Of a DNA stretch of 29,183 nt, positions 25,720 through 29,183 are shown piece after piece. Below the pieces are notes generated by a model that saw nothing but the letters and a program-made list of their open reading frames with translations, did no database searches and had not been told where the DNA came from. Location of the stretch: IMG/VR virus record IMGVR_UViG_3300034025_000019, positions 1-29,183 of that record, one strand, 5' to 3'. Numbering within the stretch: the stretch's first letter is position 1; every line of letters starts with the position of its first letter. This stretch comes from a virus. Taxonomy: Duplodnaviria; Caudoviricetes. Both the position numbers and the translations under genes were made by a program.

Positions 25720-27218
25720 TATGTTTGCCTTATTTTGTTGAGTAGTTTGTTGCTGATGGACATTTTACCGGGCAGTGGTACAAGTCGAGTATATGCGCGC
25801 GATAGGCTATCAACCTGATCTTTATATGTGCCGTTCGGGAAGCCGCGTAATTCGTCCTTCAGCGCCTTATTCCAATCACCGACAACCATATCAACGTTAC
25901 CAATGTTGACTTCAGACGCCAGCGGTTCGGCGCGCTGCTCTTTGGCCCCGCTTTCAGGTCCCCACACGATGCGGTATCCCTTGAGCTTCTTAACGAGATA
26001 TTCAACCACTGCCGTACCCGCCGCGCCTGGGTCATCGGGGAAGTCCTGCATCACCGTGCGCGTGTCTGCGACGACCGTATTTTTAATGAACTCATCGCGC
26101 GCACCTGGGGCGAGTTGATCTTTCACCATGTCGGCAATGACGATGCGCCCGCTGTCGGCAACGATCCCTAGCAGCCCGCCAGCGGTGTAAGCGCCGCCAC
26201 CTTGCGTTGCGGCCAAGTCCCAACCTCGCACCCACTTGATGCGCCCAGCCGGCAACGCGTCGATCATGCGTATCTTGTCTGGATTGAACATGTTGCCATC
26301 GCGCGGCTTCGGTAGCTGCTGGCAGAGTGAGCCCCAGGTACGCGCGTTGTGGCGGAACTGATCCCAATGCTTCTGCGTGAACCACTCGGGCCAAAGGTAT
26401 TCGCCGCGCTCGCGCTCCAACGGATCGCTATCGGTCTCGCACTGCGCTTGCAGACAAAGGACGCGCCATACGTTGCCGTCCTGGCAGAGAATGTCGCCGG
26501 ACTCGCCGTCCCACCCAACCGGCAAAATACGGCCGGCAAGGTCATCTTCATGCCATCGGGTCATGATCAGCATGAGCGAGCCGCCAGGGATTAAACGGGT
26601 CAACAGGTCTGATTGATACGCTTCCCACGTCTTATCTCGTATGGTCTCGCTATCGGCCTGCTCGCGCCCTTTAACCGGGTCATCAATAACCAGCATTTCA
26701 AAGCGGTTACCGGTCGCGCCGCCCAAAATACCCGTTGCCATGTACTCACTGCCATTGGTCAACGTGAAGTTGGCGACAGCGGCAGCATCGCGCGATAGCT
26801 CCGTTTCCCAGGCAGCTTTATATCGAACCTGATTGATGATCGCGCGCGTACGGCGCCCCATCTTCTGCGCCAGCGTGTCGGCATAGCTGAAGAGACCAAC
26901 GCGCGTGCGCTTGTACTTGCCCATTAAATAGGTGGGGGCGACGATGGAAGCGTAAGTGCTCTTGGCGCTACCTGGGGGCATGAAGATCATTAATCGCCCC
27001 GTGTCCTTCAGGAAGCAATCTTCAGCTTCACGCAAAATCATTTTGTGATGCGTTGCCAGCGTAGTTTCAACGGGATACAACAGCGATTCAATGTCCGTTT
27101 CTTCGTCATCCTCAACAGGGCGCCCAGGAACATCAATGAAGCCTGCGTAATCAACGATATCGGCACGGGCACGGCGGCGGCGTAGTAGTTCGCCGGCTGC
27201 TTGCTGTATGGGGGTCAC
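25719..27218 (-). CDS. terL: Terminase large subunit
   Basis: Walker A-like MPPGSAKST, Walker B LVIDDP, IMTRWHEDD, nuclease RGWDLA and FPNG..KDQVD. Confidence 0.95.
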   Translation of the reverse strand: MTPIQQAAGELLRRRRARADIVDYAGFIDVPGRPVEDDEETDIESLLYPVETTLATHHKMILREAEDCFLKDTGRLMIFMPPGSAKSTYASIVAPTYLMGKYKRTRVGLFSYADTLAQKMGRRTRAIINQVRYKAAWETELSRDAAAVANFTLTNGSEYMATGILGGATGNRFEMLVIDDPVKGREQADSETIRDKTWEAYQSDLLTRLIPGGSLMLIMTRWHEDDLAGRILPVGWDGESGDILCQDGNVWRVLCLQAQCETDSDPLERERGEYLWPEWFTQKHWDQFRHNARTWGSLCQQLPKPRDGNMFNPDKIRMIDALPAGRIKWVRGWDLAATQGGGAYTAGGLLGIVADSGRIVIADMVKDQLAPGARDEFIKNTVVADTRTVMQDFPDDPGAAGTAVVEYLVKKLKGYRIVWGPESGAKEQRAEPLASEVNIGNVDMVVGDWNKALKDELRGFPNGTYKDQVDSLSRAYTRLVPLPGKMSISNKLLNKIRQT

Positions 27219-27910
27219 AACTTCTCGCCCTGCGCCAATTTAAGCAACTCTTCGTCAGTCATGTCCTTCAACTGCTTGCCATCGACCAGCGCAACGGTTT
27301 CTTTGTTGAGGCCCAAGTAGAGCGCAGCATCCTTGCGCGCGGCATCTTTCGACCGCATGTTGATCTTGAGACCGTGCTTGGTACGCTCGCCACCTATATA
27401 TAGAGCAGCAGCGGCAGGGGACAGGAAGCGCACATCTTTTATACGTTCCTCAATGATCCCTTGGCCGTGACACTCCGGGCAGTTCTCATGCGGACCTTTG
27501 TAGGGATTCCAACCGATTCCGCCCATTGGATGAAATGGCTTGCCGGTGAACGTCGATTCGGTCTCATCTAGGCGCCATTCGTTCGGCGTTCGTTGGTATT
27601 TGTGTCCTTCGCCCCAGCAGTATCGACACGCAAGCGTTACCACTTCGTACAGTTCGCGCGGGTCCGCCGCCAGAACGTTAAGAATGTCCTTGCTCACCAA
27701 CTCAGCGTTTAGCTGAATTTTGCCAATGATGGATTCTTTGTACTTCGCAACCTCAGCTTGAACACACGGTTTGTTGAACCTTCGTGAAGCTTCGGGGTAC
27801 ACGTACTCGCCCTTGTATATCCCCGAACGGCGCAAAGCCTTCGTTGCATCCCAGTCCTTGACCAGTTCGCCAAAGAACAACCAGTCATTCATCGTCATTT
27901 CGCCACTCAT
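27215..27910 (-). CDS. terS: Terminase small subunit with Cys-rich Zn-finger insertion
   Basis: ATKA.RR.G HTH-like start; ADPREL; CRYC...CPECHGQG; directly upstream of terL; GAGG RBS 7 nt before ATG 27910. Confidence 0.8.
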   Translation of the reverse strand: MSGEMTMNDWLFFGELVKDWDATKALRRSGIYKGEYVYPEASRRFNKPCVQAEVAKYKESIIGKIQLNAELVSKDILNVLAADPRELYEVVTLACRYCWGEGHKYQRTPNEWRLDETESTFTGKPFHPMGGIGWNPYKGPHENCPECHGQGIIEERIKDVRFLSPAAAALYIGGERTKHGLKINMRSKDAARKDAALYLGLNKETVALVDGKQLKDMTDEELLKLAQGEKL

Positions 27911-27928
27911 CGACACGCCTCATAAAGT

Positions 27929-27959
27929 TACGTCATTGCATGCATTGTACGTCACTGCA
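27929..27959. promoter_or_regulatory. Pair of 12-bp direct repeats upstream of terS
   Basis: TACGTCATTGCA (27929-27940) and TACGTCACTGCA (27948-27959), 11/12 identical; palindrome TGCATGCA at 27937-27944. Confidence 0.5.
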
Positions 27960-27971
27960 AAAATAAAACAC

Positions 27972-28091
27972 AAATTGCTGGGATTCTGTGTTTGTAGTTA
28001 TTGTAGTGTATCTATTCCATGTACAAGACCTACAGTTCATATACAATAGACCTACACTACAATAACTACAAACACAGAATCCCAGCAATTT
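27972..28091. repeat. Perfect 39-bp inverted repeat with 42-bp spacer in the divergent intergenic region
   Basis: AAATTGCTGGGATTCTGTGTTTGTAGTTATTGTAGTGTA (27972-28010) and its exact reverse complement at 28053-28091. Confidence 0.95.
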
Positions 28092-28096
28092 ACGAT

Positions 28097-28636
28097 ATGA
28101 AAAACCTGAGAATAGAAGCAATCGCAAAAGGCAAACCGACATACAGTTCGGGCAAGCCCTGCCGCGCCGGCCACATGAGCGAGCGCTACACCAGCAACGG
28201 AACCTGCATCGTATGCGCCAAGCAGCAGACGGAAGCGCGCCGCGATGCAGTTGCAACCGCCCGAGGCAAGAAGTATCTGGCAATGGCCGCAGGCTTCACC
28301 CCCCACACCGTTCTATCGAGTCAACGCGACCGTGAGATGTTCAACGAGCTAAGCGACGTGATGCAGTTCACCAACAGCGACGTAACCGCCCAGGTGCACA
28401 AGTTCGTCCACGCCCTTTACGTCAACAGCGCAACACCTCGCGCCCTGACACGTGACGACCTGCTCAGCTTCATGACCTACACGGATGGCAAAGTAACGAA
28501 CTACGAGCAACTGAACATCGAAGAAACCGAAGATACCGTCTACGTCCAACACAACGGCGTGCGCTACAACGCCGAACAGTGCATGGACGTCCTGCGCGGC
28601 AAAGCGCTCAACGTCAAACCAACAACAACGCTATAA
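28097..28636 (+). CDS. Hypothetical protein with N-terminal C-H-C-C Zn-finger-like motif
   Basis: GKPC..GH..ERY.SNG.C..C; start moved to ATG 28097 because the longer ORF-track start lies inside the inverted repeat. Confidence 0.72.
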   Translation: MKNLRIEAIAKGKPTYSSGKPCRAGHMSERYTSNGTCIVCAKQQTEARRDAVATARGKKYLAMAAGFTPHTVLSSQRDREMFNELSDVMQFTNSDVTAQVHKFVHALYVNSATPRALTRDDLLSFMTYTDGKVTNYEQLNIEETEDTVYVQHNGVRYNAEQCMDVLRGKALNVKPTTTL

Positions 28637-28682
28637 CGCCACGCTGCCCGGCGCCTGGGGCATGCAAACTAAAGGAACTATC

Positions 28683-28910
28683 ATGGACAATCAACACAAG
28701 AAAATCACCGGCTACCGCGATCTGTCGCAAGAAGAGATTGACGCCATGAACGAAGGTAAAGAACTCGCGGCCAAATGCGGCGCATGGATCGAAAAGATGC
28801 AGGCCCAGGGGGATAGGCTCGATCAACGCGCCGTTGCATTGGGTAAGACCAACTTGCAACAGGGTTTCATGTGGGCCATTCGCGGTATCGCGCAGCCTAC
28901 AACATTTTAA
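28683..28910 (+). CDS. acb2: Anti-CBASS cyclic-oligonucleotide sponge protein, Acb2 family
   Basis: [23 protein letters not shown] and R..A.GKT..Q.G.M...R.IAQP..F closely match the Pseudomonas phage Acb2 sequence as recalled; AAAGGA RBS. Confidence 0.9.
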   Translation: MDNQHKKITGYRDLSQEEIDAMNEGKELAAKCGAWIEKMQAQGDRLDQRAVALGKTNLQQGFMWAIRGIAQPTTF

Positions 28911-28924
28911 GCAAAGGAACTATC

Positions 28925-29183
28925 ATGTTAGGACGAAGCAGAAGCGCAACTTTGGCATTAGTTGCAGGGTTGCTGGGTGCAGTAAGTGCCGGGGCGGTAG
29001 CTCAACCCACCCCAACAGTTGTTGCGGCACCGGCAAAAGCCAAACGTAAAGGTCTGTTCGATAGCGGCGTGTATGTTGCCCCCTACCGCAAATTGAACTA
29101 TGGCGGACCCGGCACCACTGCCGCCCAAATCAAGCGCGCCAGCAGAAAGGTAAAGAACGTCAAGCGTCATAAAGCGCGAGGCT
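28925..29183 (+). CDS. Hypothetical protein (3' truncated by the window edge), hydrophobic N-terminus and basic C-terminal part
   Basis: Not in the ORF track; MLGRSRSATLALVAGLLGAVSAGAVAQPTP...KRASRKVKNVKRHKARG is open to the end; AAAGGA RBS. Confidence 0.72.
   Translation, partial: MLGRSRSATLALVAGLLGAVSAGAVAQPTPTVVAAPAKAKRKGLFDSGVYVAPYRKLNYGGPGTTAAQIKRASRKVKNVKRHKARG

Noticed and set aside
27972-28091. CRISPR array, protelomerase site or IS/MITE ends
   Set aside because: Only one inverted pair and no repeat-spacer series; the 42-bp asymmetric spacer is unlike a telomere-resolution palindrome; no transposase or target-site duplication seen
28019-28096. ORF-track N-terminal extension of the Zn-finger gene
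   Set aside because: Runs through the inverted repeat spacer and arm; ATG 28097 fits the domain start better
27771-28283. Opposite-strand ORFs sharing the peptide KLLGFCVCSYCSV
   Set aside because: An artefact of translating the two arms of the inverted repeat, not duplicated genes
1-29183. Integrase, tRNA, intron/intein, reverse transcriptase or diversity-generating retroelement
   Set aside because: None recognised; terL, portal and capsid have ordinary lengths, and no template/variable repeat pair was noticed by eye

Overview
The window is about 29 kb of a tailed phage (or prophage) genome with a contractile tail, and the gene set resembles Bcep781/PB1-type myoviruses (DUF1073 portal, DUF2213 protease, DUF2184 capsid, DUF4054, DUF3383 sheath, DUF2612). 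The host cannot be determined; a proteobacterial host is a weak guess. Positions 9-27910 form one tightly coupled minus-strand late region. In transcription order it encodes terS, terL, an unusual ~5 kb six-gene insert, portal, head morphogenesis protein, two small membrane proteins, protease/scaffold, decoration protein, capsid, neck, sheath, tube, a chaperone with a probable -1 frameshift extension, a tape measure with a lysozyme domain, baseplate, a beta-helix tailspike and an atypical lysis cassette. The insert carries SwmB-like Ig repeats, an SGNH/SASA carbohydrate esterase, fibre domains and a collagen protein with a signal peptide. One of the small membrane proteins (28 aa) is missing from the ORF track. 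A perfect 39-bp inverted repeat around a 42-bp spacer (27972-28091) separates this region from a divergent plus-strand operon. That operon encodes a Zn-finger protein, a clear Acb2 anti-CBASS sponge homologue and a truncated gene that shares an identical 15-nt translation-start block with acb2. All family calls come from recalled motifs and synteny, not from database searches.
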